Below, one piece after another: positions 12,794-26,549 of a DNA stretch of 64,000 nucleotides. The notes under the pieces are model-generated. The model ran no database searches. It was not told where the DNA came from and saw only the letters and a program-made list of their open reading frames with translations. Numbering within the stretch: the first letter of the stretch is position 1; every line of letters starts with the position of its first letter. Source of the DNA: the human T2T-CHM13v2.0 reference genome, Homo sapiens. The stretch is taken from the NCBI RefSeq assembly GCF_009914755.1, contig NC_060932.1. The stretch is one strand, 5' to 3'. Both the position numbers and the translations under genes were made by a program.

Positions 12794-15700
12794 ATGATGA
12801 ATAGAATAGTACCTCATATCTCAATACTAACATTGAATGTAAATGGCCTAAATGCTCCACATAAAAGATACAGAATGGCAGAATGGATAAGAACTCACCG
12901 ACAAAGTATCTGCTGTCTTCAAGAGACTCACCTGACACATAGGGACTCACATAAACTTAAGGTAAATGGGTGAAAAAAGATATTCCATGCAAATGGACAC
13001 CAAAAGCAAGCAGAAGTAGGTATTTTATGTCAAACAAAACAAACTTTAAAGCAAGAGTAGTTAAAAAAGATAAAGAGGGACACTATATAATGATAAAATA
13101 ATTAGTCCAGCAAGAAAATATCACAATCCTCAATATACATGCATCTAACCCTGGCAATCCAAATTTATAAAACAATTACTACTGGATCTAACAAATGAGA
13201 TAGACAACAACACAATAATAGTGGGGCACTTCAATACTCCATAGACAGCACTACACAAGTAATCAAGACAGAAAGTCAACAAAGAAATAATAGACATAAC
13301 CTATACCCTAGAACAAGTGGACGTAGCAGATATTTGTAGACCATTCTACCCAGCAACTGCAGAATATACATTCTATTCATTAGTACATGGAACGCTCTCT
13401 AAGATAGACCATAGGACAGGCCACAAAACAAGTCTCAACAAATTTAAGAAAACCAAAATTATATCAAGTACTCTCTCAGACCACAGTGGAATAAAATTGG
13501 AAATCAATTATAAAAGGTACCCTCAAAGCCATGCAAATACATGGAAATTAAATAACCTGCTCCTGAATGATGGTTGGGTCAACAAAAAAATCAAGATGGA
13601 AATTTAAAAAAATTCTTTGAACTGAACAATAATAGTGACACAACCTATCAAAATCTCTAGGATACAGCAAAAGTGGTGCTAAGGGGAAAGTTCATAGCAT
13701 TAAATGCTTGCATCCAAAAGTCTGATAGAGAACAAATAAACAATCTAAGGTCACACAAGAAACTAGAGAAACAAGAACAAACTAAACCCAAACTCAGCAG
13801 AAGAAAAGAAATAACCAAGATCAAAGCAGAACTAAATGAAATTGAAACAAAAAAATTACAAAAGATAGGGCATTAGGAGCTTAACCAGGATAAGAAGAGA
13901 GAAGATCCAAAAAGGTCGATTGAAATGAAACGGGAGATTTTACAACCCATACCACTGAAATACAAAAGTTCATTCAAGGCTACTATGAACACCTTTATGT
14001 GCATAAACTAGAAAACCTAGAAGAGATGAATAAATTCCTGGAAATATACAACCCTCCTAGATTAAATAGGAATAAATAGAAAGTCTTAACAGAGCAACAA
14101 CAAGCAGCAAGATTGAAGTGATAATTAAAAAGTTACCAACAAAAGAAAGTCCAGGAACAGAGAGATTCACAGCTAAATTATATCAGACATTCAAAGAAGA
14201 ATTGGTACCAATCCTATTGACGCTATTCTACAAGATAGAGGAAGAGGGAATACTACTTAAATCATTCTAGAAAGCCAGTATCACCCTAATACTAAAATCA
14301 AGGAAGGACATACAAAAAAGGAAAACTACAGACCAATATCCCTGATGAGCACAGATTCAAAAATCCACAACAAAATACTAGCTAACAGAATCCAACAGCA
14401 TGTCAAAAAGATTATCCACCACGATCATGCAGGTTTCACACCAAGGATGCAGGGATGATTTAACATCTTCAAATCAATAAATGTGATACAACATATAAAC
14501 AAAATTAAAAACAAAAATCATATGATCATCTCAATAGTTGCACAAAAAGTATTTGACAAAATCCAGCATCCCTTTATGATTAAAACCCTCAGCAAAATCA
14601 GCATACAAGTGACACACCTTAGGGTAATAAAAGCCATCTATAATAAACCCACAGTCAACATTGCACTGAACTGAGAAAAGTTGAAAGCATTTCCCCTGAG
14701 AACTGGAATAAGACAAGGATGCCCACTCTCACCACTCCTCTTCAACATAGTACTGTAAGTCCTAGCCAGAGGAATCAGACAAAAGAAAGAAATAAGGGGA
14801 ATCCAAATTGGTAATGAGGAAGTCAAACTGTTGTCGTTTGTGATGACATGATCATATACCTAGAAAAACCTAAAGAGTCATACAAAAACCTCCTGTAACT
14901 TGTAAATGAATTCAGGGAAGTTTCAGGATACAAAACTAATGTACACAAATCAGTAGCTCTGCTATACACGAACAGCCGCAAAACTGAGAATCAAATCAAG
15001 AACTGAACCCCTTTTACAATAGCTGCAAAAAAGTAAAATACGTAGGAATATACTTAACCAAGGAGGTGAAAGACCTCTACAAGGAAAACTACAAAACACT
15101 GGTGAAAGAAATCATAGACAACACAAACAAATGGAAACACATTTCATGTTCATGGATGGGTAGAATCAATATTGTGAAAAATTACTATACTGCTAAAAGC
15201 AATCTACATATTCAGTGCAATTCCCATAGAAATACCATACCACCATTATTCTTCATAGAACTAGTAAAAACAATTCTAAAATTCATATGGAACCAAAAAA
15301 GAGCAAAAACAAGACTAAGCAAAAAGAACAAATCTGGAGGCATCATATTAGCTGACTTCAAACTATACTATAAGGCCATAGTCACCAAAATAGCATGGTA
15401 CTGGTATAAAAATAGACATATAGACCAATGGAACAGAATAGAGAACCCAGAAATAAAGCCTAACACTTACAGTCAACTGATCTTTGACAAAGCAAACAAA
15501 AATATAAAGTAGGGAAATGACACCCTATTCAACAAATGGTGCTGGGATAATTGACAAGACATGTGTAGAAGAATGAAGCTGAATCCTCATCTCTCATGCT
15601 ATAAAAAAAATCTACTCAAGATGGATCAAAGACTTAAATCTAATACCTGAAACCATAAATATTCTAGAAGATAACCAGAACAAACCCTTTTAGACATTGG

Positions 15701-16403
15701 CTTAGGCAAAGACTTTATGACCAAGAACCCAAAAGCAAATGCAACAAAAACAATAAATAGATAGGACTTAATTTAACTAAAAAGCTTCTGCACACCAAAA
15801 GAAATAATCAGCAGAGTAAACAGACAACCAACAGAGTGGGAGAAAATCTTTGCAATCTATACATCCTACAAAGGACTAATATCCAGAATCTACAAGGAAC
15901 TGAAACAAATCAGCAAGAACAAAATAAACAATCCCATCAAAAAGTGGGCTAAGGACATGAATAGACAATTCTCAAAAGAAGTAACACAAATGACCAACAA
16001 ACACATGAAAAAATGCTCAACATCACTAATTATCAGGGAAACGCAAATCAAAACCACAATGCAATACCACCTTACTCCTGCAAGAATGGCCATAATCAAA
16101 AAATCAAAATATAATAGATGTTGGTGGGGATGTGCTGAAAAGGAACACTTTTACACTGTTGGTGGGAATGTAAACTAGTAAAACCACTATGGAAAACAGT
16201 GTGGAGATTCCTTAAAGAAATAAAAGTAGATCTACCATTTGATCCAGCAATCCCACTCCTGGGTTTTCCTACCCAGAGGGAAAGAAGACATTATATGAAA
16301 AAGATAGTTGCACACACATGTTTATAGCAGCACAATTCACAATTGCAAAAATATGGAACCAGCCCAAATTCCCATTAATCGAGTGGATAAAGAAAATGTG
16401 ATA

Positions 16404-16486
<83 letters not shown>

Positions 16487-16615
16487 TACTCAGCCATAAA
16501 AAGAAATAATGGCATTCACAGCAACCTGGGTGGAATTGGAGACCATTATTCTAAGTGAAGTAACTCAAAATGGAAAACCAAACATTGTACGTTCTCACTC
16601 ATAAGTGGGAGCTAA
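12794..16615 (+). pseudogene. L1 ORF2p (endonuclease/reverse transcriptase) remnant
   Basis: Fragments SKIDH...LSDHSGIKLEI (EN), [15 protein letters not shown] (RT) and [20 protein letters not shown]; the FADD codons are frameshifted at ~14837 (tttgtgatgac); many stops. Confidence 0.92.
16404..16486. repeat. Compound (TG)n(TA)n microsatellite inside the L1
   Basis: TG run 16404-16430 followed by a long TA run. Confidence 0.97.
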
Positions 16616-16829
16616 GCTAAGAGGATCCAAAGGCATAAGAAAGATACAATGGATTTTGGGGACTTGGGGGGAAGGGGGTGATGGATAAAAGACTACTCAA
16701 TGGGTATAGTGTACAGCGCTTGGGTGATGGGTGCACCAAAATCTCAGAAATCACCACTAAATAACCTATTCATGTAACCAAACACCACCTGTCCCCCAAA
16801 AACGTATTTAAATAAAAATAAATAAATAA

Positions 16830-17429
16830 GATATCCTAGTGTTAGTGAAGGATATGGAGCAACTAGAATTCTCATACATTGCTAGTGAGAGTGTAAACTG
16901 ATGCAACTCTTAGGAGAACTGTTTGGCTCTGTTGAATAAGTCTGAATATACACATGTCCTATGACTCAGCAATTACTCTACTGGAAATGTTCCCAAAAGA
17001 AATATAGATATATGATCATCAAAATTTATAGTAGCACTACTTGTTACAGACCCAAACTAGAAACAACTTTAATACACATCAGACAGTAGAATGGATAAAT
17101 AAAATGTAGTTATATTCACAAAATGAAATACTATCACAAGGAGAATTAATGATCTTCAACTACATGTGACAATAGGAATAAATATTACAAACACAATGTT
17201 GTGAGAAATAAAGCAGAAATAGAAGTGTTTACATTGTATTATTCAACTTGTAGGCAAAATTGTTCTATGGTGGTAAAAGCCAGGACAGTGGTTACCTTTG
17301 TGAGAGGTGAACAGAGTAGGAGGAAAAGGGAGGTTTCTGGGATGCTGATATTTTATTTCTTCATCTTCATGCTGGTCACATGGGTGTTCTCAGCTTGCGA
17401 AAATTCTTTGAGCTGCAATTTTTTTCAAG

Positions 17430-17466
<37 letters not shown>

Positions 17467-17509
17467 TGTGTTATGCTTCAATTAAAAAAAAACTTTACTT
17501 AAAAAAATT
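16830..17509 (+). mobile_element. Old L1M (L1MC/MD/ME-like) 3' fragment
   Basis: ggatatggagcaactagaattctcatacattgctagtgagagtgtaaactg...agtagaatggataaataaaatgtag...ttatgcttcaattaaaaaa; contains (TC)n(TG)n at ~17430-17470. Confidence 0.8.
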
Positions 17510-17803
17510 TGATCAGAAATGTTCTACTTTCTGGTTTGGTGCTTAAATATCTCTCATGGTCTCTTCAATCGTCTTTCCTATCATTTTGGGGCTGACATGG
17601 ACAAGCCATTTTTGGAGCTCCATGTTGAAGATGACGGAGCCACAAGAGGGAAGACTCCGTTTCTTGGAATCAGGAATACATCCACTTGCTGATGAACACC
17701 ACCCATTTTGGATTTTATATAGGTGGAAATTTCTATAGTGTTTGGGGCATTACACATTTTTGAAATTTGTTTATAATAGCAACTAATGATACCTTGAGTA
17801 ATG
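17510..17803 (+). mobile_element. MLT1 LTR, 3' part
   Basis: ccatgttgaagatgacggagccacaagagggaag...tttgtttataatagcaac resembles the MLT1J/K 3' half. Confidence 0.6.
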
Positions 17804-19226
17804 TTTTTATTACTTGTTAATACAAGTAAGATTAAAACCTGAAATTCATTTAAATTATGTGTCTGAGGTTTATGAGTTGGCCTTCAGGGAACCAAAGTTT
17901 TCTTACGACCAAAAGGCAGTTATCTTTCAGATCTTAGAATTAGTCAATGCCAATGCAGGGGAGAAGGTACCGGATGGTGAGATCAAGGGGTTCTGAGGTT
18001 TTTTTTGGCCCCTCCTACACTTTCCCAGCCAGACAACTAATGCCTTCATGAAGCAGAGAAAGAAAATATCGCCACAGTTCTGGCCTGTTAGTTCTGTTGA
18101 AATGTAAACCCTGAATGTTGCACTAAAATCGTATTAGTCATCTAATACTAGAAACAATTCTGAAAAAAGATAAAGCTAATACTGGCCTGTAGGTAACATT
18201 TGTGAAGCACATTGAGATCCTGGCTAGAATGCAGGGTCCTATTGCAGAGGATAAAATAAATGGTTAACCTGAAAGAAGGCATTGCCTTTCAGTAGGGAAT
18301 TCCTATGGATAAGACACAAAGCTCCTCCCCCATGTTGTCAATGCACTAAGTTCTCTAGAGGCATTGGCAGTCCATATTTAAATCATAGCATTTGAGGGTA
18401 CAGTTTTTGGGGCTGAAATTTCAATAAAGTCAGTTGACAATTTCTGACTTCTAGTACAGGGCTTTGGTTGGGTAGAAAGTAAAAACTCAGAGATTTGGGA
18501 AAGAGAAATAGGACTTGCCATATTTCTCTGAACATACAATTCAACAGAATGATGAATGACATCATAAATTAGACAATGGAAACCCTTATCCCACAAGTTG
18601 TTGCTAAATGCCTCTCTGAGGGTTTGTCTGGGGTGATGAGGTGCTTTCTGGACTGGATAAGTTACTTCTCTTTTCTTTGTGGATTCATTCTCTTTCAGTG
18701 CCTGAAGATATTCATCCCATTCATAAATATTATTATTTATAATAAATAAAAATAATAAATAGTAGTATTTGACTGGAGGTTGTATATATTTAACTGGGGC
18801 TCATAAATATGCCCTTACATTCTTTTTCCTTCCTATTTCCTATAACTCTTCTGAGTTCTTAATTTAAATATTTGCATATATACACTTATTTATATTTTAT
18901 AGATATATTTTTCTATCAGAAGGAGCCTTGACTGGAGTCAGGAGGTTTTGATTCAAATCCTGGCAATGACTGGCCAGGTTAATTTGTCATCTGCAGAATG
19001 AGAATTGTGGAAGGGTGGGAACTTATGTTCTCTGTGAGATGCATGCATGGTGTGCAGGAAAGGTGAGTCCTCCTTTCATAGCATGTCTTCCAGGTTCAAC
19101 ATTTCATGATCAAGTGATATAACCTGTTCCTGATTTCATCGCATTGGTAAATCTTCTTTCCCCATTCTTGCCTTCATTCTTCTCTCCTGGAAACAATACA
19201 GGGTCATTGTGTATTTTTCTGAAAAT

Positions 19227-19431
19227 AAGAAAGAAGAAGAAGGAGAAGAGGAGGAGGAGAAGAGGAGGAGGAGAAAGAAGAAAGGGAGGGGAAGAAGAGG
19301 AGAGGGAGGGAGAGGAAGAAGAAGGAGAAGGAAAAGGGAAAGATGAGAGGAGGAAGAAAAAGAAGAAGAAAGAAGAAAGGAAAGAAGAAGAAGAAGAAGA
19401 AGAAGAAGAAGAAGAAGAAGAAGAAGAAGAA
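19227..19431. repeat. Polypurine tract ending in a pure (GAA)16
   Basis: ~205 bp of A/G with a single T (19344); perfect GAA units at 19384-19431. Confidence 0.97.
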
Positions 19432-19851
19432 ATAATTTATAGTCTTACTTCCTAGAGTTTACCCTTACTAATAACTTGACATATTTTCCTACGGTTTTTA
19501 CTAGGTAAGTATATACTTAAAAAAAGGAGAAATTATGAAATTATATTGTACATCTTGTTTTATAACCTAATTTTTCACATTAATAATTAATCATCAATAT
19601 TTTTCCTTGATGTTCAAGATCCATTCACATTACTTTTAAAGATTGCATAGTCTTTTACATTTAGAACAGATTATAGTTTATATAAGTTGTTTCCAAGGTT
19701 TTTTTAAAAAAAGATACACAAGTATCAGTGAACAGTCTTTAGCTGAGGCTAAATCTTTGTAGATTTCTGTGATCATTTCTCCAGGGCATATTCTCAGAAG
19801 TGAAATTATGGGGCCAAAGAACATAAACATGCTTAAACTGTGTTTTCAAAA

Positions 19852-20329
<478 letters not shown>

Positions 20330-21225
20330 TGTTTTTAAGCACTCCCTTTTCAATTTTGAGGGTATTGACCTTAACAGTCCAGGTGAGTACTTAGTACATA
20401 ATTTGTGAAGTGGAAGTGTCAAAATCAAAAGTACGTAACAGGGAAGGGGTGAAGTTCCTGGAAAAGGCAAGCCTCAAGTATTTTCCTACATGTCATCTAG
20501 TCTGGAAAATGGAATATTTCTATGGTCCTGAAGCTCCTAATTTCGCCTGCAAAGCTCTGAGAACCAAAGTAGGGTTAGAGGAAAGTGCATGTGAGTTACC
20601 AAGACAACATGAAGTCGTTGGAAAGAGCTCAAGTATTGGAATTGGAGGAATGACTTCAAGAGTTTGCAAGGCGACTTTCTACCTGTGTGAGCTTCAATGA
20701 GACTCTGAAACTTTCTGAGTCTTAAGTTTTCCCTCCAAAGAGGTGAACAATGGGCTTTCTCACTACAATAATGTGAGTTGCTTGTATTCATCAAAAATAT
20801 CCATATGGGTCTTTAGAATGATGGATAAATGCTAATTATAAACATTACACACATTGAGTATACTCAACATCAGTTAAAAATGTGACTTTGGGAAGAGTCT
20901 TCCAATAAGAAAAAACTCCAAATTATTTCATTGTGAACTCTGATGCTGCCTCTATCTCCATTCCCAATTAAAAATTACATTTTAAGGTTAACTTACTTGT
21001 AAACACTTTCAAGAGACAAACTTAAAAATAACATAAATAGATGTGGTACCTTACTCTCTTTTTAAGAGGAATTTTTGGTTATTGTCAATAGATACATATG
21101 GTAGATACACTGTGACCAATAGATCAAGAGTCATGCGGAGGAGAGCACAGATCATGGTGAAAAGTCTTAATTCTAAGTGGATGAGTCATAAATCCCGAGG
21201 AAGGAGTATTAAAAACCAAAGTCTT

Positions 21226-21374
21226 AGGGATAGCATTAGGAGATACACTTAACGCTAAATGACGAGTTAATGGGTGCAGCACACCAACATGGCACATGTA
21301 TACATACGTAACAAACCTGCACATTGTGCACATGTACCCTAAAACTTAAAGTATAATAATAATAAAATTAAAAA
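21226..21374 (+). mobile_element. 5'-truncated young L1PA (L1PA3/4-like) 3' end
   Basis: gggatagcattaggagata...gcacatgtaccctaaaacttaaagtataataa plus A tail; 15-bp TSD aaaaaccaaagtctt / aaaaaccgaagtctc. Confidence 0.93.
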
Positions 21375-21689
21375 AAAAACCGAAGTCTCGATAGCGTTTA
21401 CCGCAATGTGAAACAAATGGTAACTAGCAGTGTTGCTATTCTCTCAGACTATCTCTTTTACATACTTTGATCATAATCCAAGTCCATACAATGCAATCAC
21501 AGTGCATTTAATGACTTGCTTTGTGTCTCCTGCTAGACTCTGAACTCAAGGCCAGGGGTTGGGGCTTCTCAGCTTAGTTTTCTCTGGAGCTAGCATAAAA
21601 CTTGGAGCAAAACACAAATCAACAAATATAAAAAAGTATTTGAACAAATTGTTACAGTTAACAACACTTACTCATTTATTCTTTTACTA

Positions 21690-22330
21690 CCCAATTCGTT
21701 ATTTATTAATCGAACACATATTTACTGGATGCCCATTAACTAATTCCTGTACTAGTTACTGGGGGTACAATGGTAAGAAAAATCAGTGGACTCCTTCCTC
21801 TGAGAATTTCCAGCCCAGGCAGGCACTTACCAATCAAATAATTGCCCAGGAAGGTACATGTGATAAATGTCATAAAGGAAGGCTAAAAGATACCATGATA
21901 GAATGTAACTTGGTGTCCTGTCCTACTTACGGTGGGGGATGAGAAAAGTTTTCTCTGAGGAAAGGATAAGTCAACTGAGATCTGAAGTGGGAGTAGATCG
22001 AGTGTGGCCCAAAGCACATTTTAAGCAGAGGAAACTACAGGCACAAAGGCCTCGGGGTGAGACAGAGCAAGGAGAGTGTGAGAAACTGAGTCCTGGTCAG
22101 TGTGGCTGGAACGCACGAAGGGCACCCATAGCATCAGGAGGTGAGGAGGCTAGCTCTCCAAGGGATAGACTTCTAGATCATGTAACAAAGTTTGCATTGG
22201 AGTAATGGGCCAGCTCTCCAACGGATGGACTTGTAGACTATGTAACAAAATGGAGTCGGAGTGATGGAAAGCCATCAAAGAATGTTTAGCAGGAGAGTGA
22301 CAGAATCAGACTCGCACTTAGAAAATCAGT
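21690..22330 (-). mobile_element. L2 LINE fragment
   Basis: ttatttattaatcgaacacatatttactggatgccc (reverse L2 3' end); aagcagaggaaactacaggcacaaaggcc; tttagcaggagagtgacagaatcaga. Confidence 0.7.
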
Positions 22331-22374
22331 GTAGAGAAAACTTACCTGATCCCCCTCTGTTTCTTTGCATATAT

Positions 22375-22376
<2 letters not shown>

Positions 22377-22412
<36 letters not shown>
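22377..22412. repeat. (TG)n microsatellite
   Basis: Direct reading. Confidence 0.97.
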
Positions 22413-22414
<2 letters not shown>

Positions 22415-23562
22415 CTCCTTGCTTATATCCTTTTCTCCCTCTGTCTTTGGATTTTTCTGCAGAGGCCGTGGGTTGTCTTTTTTAGAATAACACTCAATTT
22501 CTAAAGAGGCAGGGACCACTGAATAATCAAATGGGAGGAATTTCACGACTGCCTCTGCCTCTCCCCTGTCTCTATCTGGGCTTATCATGTAGCATCTCTC
22601 AGTAGAAAGTCTTTCTTTTGCCCTGGGTAGACATAGCTCTTGGTTTTTGAAGTACATACAAGTCAATTTAACTCACAGCAAAACCCTTTGGTCACAGACT
22701 TTCTGACTTGTGATCTGAGTTTTCACTCTACTTGATGTGCCCAGCCTTTTACCATCCCTCTCCTCTCTCACCTGGCAATCCAGTCACTCTCCAAACCTCA
22801 GGTGTTATCCCAGTCTGGATTTCATCTCCACCGCCCTGTTCTGTGTACATCCTTTGGACCGCTGTGGTACTTTAATTCGCTATCCTCTAAACTTCCCTCA
22901 TTTATGAAACACCTACACATTTTTTCCCAATATTAGAACACCTTCTGTCTTAGTATTTATGGAATGTTACTCCTTAAATAAAATTTATTTACGTTCATAT
23001 ATATTAAAATTTAATTAGAAAGAGAATTTTTGCATATATAAACAATGAAACGTTTGAAAAGAATGTAACGGCAATGTCTTTTACTACAAATAGAATGAAA
23101 TTCTCAAAATATGTATAATGTTATCAAAACATGGAATACGCACCTATGTACCAACGAAAATCATCTTATATCCCACCAGAGTTGTGTGTGCTGCATTTTG
23201 GGAATAATATAAATGGGTTTCCCAACACCCCTCATTTATTACCCCATTTTCCAAAATTCATCATTTTCCTGTGAGAGGGCTCTATTTAAAACCCTAATCT
23301 GGACTTAACATTTTCCTTTGATCCTGCAATTCTAGTATCACCCAGTAATAAGAGCAATGGCCACCATGACTAAGGCTACCATTCATGTGCATGGGCTACA
23401 CGTGCATTTTCTCCAATTGTTACAGTCTCTGAAGGGCAGGGATTCTTACCCCCACTTTACATGTGCAGAAACAACCTTAGAGAAATACATTTAGTGTCCC
23501 AAGTTCATAGAGCAGTTTGTGACAGGACTTGAATTGGATTCTGGATAGGTTCTTTACTTTAC

Positions 23563-24192
23563 CCAGGGGTGCCTGGAGCCAGAAACTATAGGCTGGGTAG
23601 AGCCAATTGTTACATGGTTAGGAATTTTGGAAGCTGATTTTTAAACACAGGCATTATTAAAATTAATATATATCAACCTAAAAGTAAATAAATTATATTG
23701 AAAACAGAGGTAACAAATATTCAAAACTCATCACTTTCTGATAATTTGACCTAGTCATGATGTCATATTGGTAGCTGGAAATTGGCCATGGGGATAGTAT
23801 TTACACTACAAAACTTGGCTAATGGCTGGGCACAGTGGCTCACACCTGTAATCCCAACACTTTGGGAGGCTGAGGTGGGAGGATTGCTTGAGCCAAGAAG
23901 TTCAAGACCAACCTGGGCAACACAGGGAGACTTGATCTCTACAAAAAACAAAAATTAGCCAGGCATGATGATGCACACCTGTGGTCCCAGCTACTCTGGA
24001 GACTGAAGTGGGAGAATCACTTGAGCCCAGAGGTCAAAGCTACAGTGAGCTGTGATCACCCCATTGCACTCCAGCCTGGGCAACAAAGAAGAGCCTGTCT
24101 TAAAAAAATAAAACTTTGTTAATCCTACTAATTAGGGCTTTCCCCAACTCCTATTTCCACAGAGCTGGTTGTTAAACACTTACTAGCACTGG
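23563..24192. mobile_element. MER63-like hAT-Blackjack DNA transposon, interrupted by an Alu
   Basis: gagccaattgttacatggttaggaattttg...caaaactcatcacttt...ggtagctggaaattggccatgg...gagctggttgttaaacacttactagcactgg. Confidence 0.7.
23824..24109 (+). mobile_element. AluJ-type element
   Basis: Dimeric Alu with ggaggattgcttgagcc; TSD aaaacttggctaat / aaaactttgttaat. Confidence 0.93.
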
Positions 24193-25213
24193 TTGGATAG
24201 GAAGGGGTGATTTTTCCATGCATGATGTCAGTTCACTGCAGGATGTGAATACTGGAAAACACTAAAAGAGTCCAATTCAATGGAGTGTAAGCTCAAATTG
24301 ATATTAAACCAAAAGGAGATAAAAGTGCAAATGATCTCCTGTAAGGTCATTAACTTGAGTGATTTACTGGAAATACCATGGCCAAGTCACAAACTTTTTT
24401 TGTGAGTAAGAAGAAAATTACAAGTCTAAGCATATTCAACAGTGAAACTTATTTGTGTCAGTGTGTTTTGGCCCAAATGATATACACATAATAACACACT
24501 GCCTTTTTTTTCTGACAAATAAGTGTTTCAAATGTAAAATAAACATTTCAGGGCTTTCTGAAAGGTTTTCCCAAATAGAACAGGAGACAGCTTGCTTGTG
24601 GACGAATGATTTCATTTAATCACAATCTATCTCTCTTTATTGTTTTTAATATATACAATTTTTGAATGTTAATATGCCAGTTACCATGTGACTCATTAAC
24701 CTATGTTATTTCATTGAAAAATAATGTAGTAACTATTGCTCTCATTATAATGTTAAAGAAAGTACACCTCATAAAGCTTAGGGGACTTACCCAAAGTCAA
24801 ACAACTAGCAAAACAAATTCAAGAACCCAACCAAAACTGCCTGACCCCAAAGCTTGAGTGCTAAGACAACCACACATTGCTGCCTCCACCATGTGAAAAG
24901 GACATTAACTACATTGAATGAATAAATGAATGAATGAATCATCTTATCTTGCAGGTGGATCTTAAAAAATGTTAATTGACTAGAAAACCATAATTCTGTG
25001 TAATTCTTTCACCAAATTTGATTCTTCACACTGAATGAGATAGTACATTACATGTAATTAACTTTGCAGCCCAAATACATGTCAAGGTTTTTGAGACCAG
25101 CTAAAGTCTCCTGGTTATAACAATGAGACTGAGTGGGAAATCATCAGAGAAAATTTTGTTCAACACATTTCCTCCCTCAAGTAATCACCAAGGCATCAAT
25201 CCGGGGAGCCCTC

Positions 25214-25580
25214 TGATATGATTTGGTTGTGTCCTCACCCAAATGTCATCTTGAATTGTAGCTCCCATAATTCCTATGTGTTGTGGGAGGGACCCAGTGG
25301 GAGATAATTGAATCATGGGGGCAGTTTCCCCCATACTTTTCTTGTGGTAGTGAATAAGTCTCACAAGATCTGATGGTTTTATAATGGGTTTCCCTTTTTC
25401 TCTCTTGGCTCTCATTTTTTCTCTTGTCTGACACCATGTAAGATGTGCCTTTTGCCTTCTGCCATGATTATGAGGTCTCCCCAGCAATGTGGAACTGGGA
25501 GTTCATTAAACCTCTTTTTCTTTATAAATTACCCAGTCTTGGTTATGTCTTTATCAGCAGTGTGAGAACAGACTAGTATA
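25214..25580 (+). mobile_element. THE1-family solo LTR
   Basis: tgatatgatttggttgtgtcctcacccaaatgtcatcttgaattgtagctccc ... gagaacagactagtata; perfect 5-bp TSD ccctc. Confidence 0.93.
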
Positions 25581-26031
25581 CCCTCCTTCCCAGACTTTGC
25601 TATACAGGGACAAAATGAGTGAATTGTCCCAAATGTCTTGACAGCAGCAGCACCACTAGGCTGGAGCCAAAAGAGCAGGGTTTGGGCCAGCTCTGTCCCT
25701 CAGGTCTGCTTTACTCTGCCCCTGTCTCTGGACCTGATTATTTAACTGGAAAATGAAGTGACTCATACAAAGATGGCACAGTAGGGGGTTTGGAGTTTCT
25801 TTAAGGTTTTCGTCTTCCCTTGATAAAAACAACAACAACAGCAATAAAAATAATATAGGCAAAACCTTTACTGAAGCTAGGGGATTACTAGAGACCAACT
25901 GCCAAATACAGTGATGCGTAGGCTGAGTGGAGGAGCAACCTCACACCTTGACCTTGATCAGGATGACCTTCTCAAAAAAGCAATTGTCAATACCTTAAAA
26001 GGTTTAGTTAGTCAGACTTTGAATAGATCAT

Positions 26032-26549
26032 TTCTTAGTTCATTTTCTGTTGCTATAACTGAATACCTGAGACTGAGGAATTGATAAGGAAAAGAGGTTT
26101 ATTTAGCTCACAGATCTGGTGGTTGGGGTGTCCAAGATCAAGAGACTGGCATCTGGTGAGGGCCTTCTTGCCACATAATAGCATGGCAGAGGGCATCACA
26201 AAATGAGAGGGCAAGAGTGTGTCAGTTCAAGTCTCTCTTCCTCTTACTATAAAGCCACCAGTCTGCTGAGCATGGTGGCTTATACCTGTAATCCAAGCAT
26301 TTTGGGAAGCTGATGCAGGAGGACTGCTTGAGTCCAGGAGTTTGAGATCAGCTTGGGCAACATAGCAAGACCTTGTCTCTAAAAAGAAAAATTAAATTAA
26401 ATTAAAAAAATAAAAGCCACCAGTTCTATCATGGAGCACCCCCTTTGATTAGTTTACCCTTCCAAAAACCCCATCTATAACCAACATATGAATTAGGGGG
26501 ATTGAGTTTCCAACACATGAAATTTGGGGTATATATTCAAACCACAGCA
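26032..26549 (-). mobile_element. MST-family MaLR solo LTR, interrupted by a FLAM
   Basis: cttagttcattttctgttgctataactgaatacctgagactg...ggcatctggtgagggccttcttg...ttcaaaccacagca. Confidence 0.8.
26264..26411 (+). mobile_element. Free left Alu monomer (FLAM-like)
   Basis: Single Alu arm with A-rich tail; TSD aaagccaccagt on both sides. Confidence 0.85.

Larger units (their letters stand above)
10969..16828 (+). mobile_element. Near full-length, inactive LINE-1 (L1PB-type)
   Basis: ~1.1-kb 5'UTR, ORF1 and ORF2 remnants, 3' end gggtgatgggtgcaccaaaatctcagaaatcaccactaaa...catgtaaccaaacaccacctg, and an A-rich tail. Confidence 0.93.

Noticed and set aside
13317-16178. ORFs with reverse transcriptase/endonuclease similarity as an active or novel retroelement
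   Set aside because: They are fragments of one decayed L1 ORF2 with many stops and a frameshift at the catalytic FADD motif.
19144-19455. Lys/Arg/Glu-rich 103-aa ORF
   Set aside because: It is a translation of the GAA/GAG tract with a non-ATG start and no gene context.
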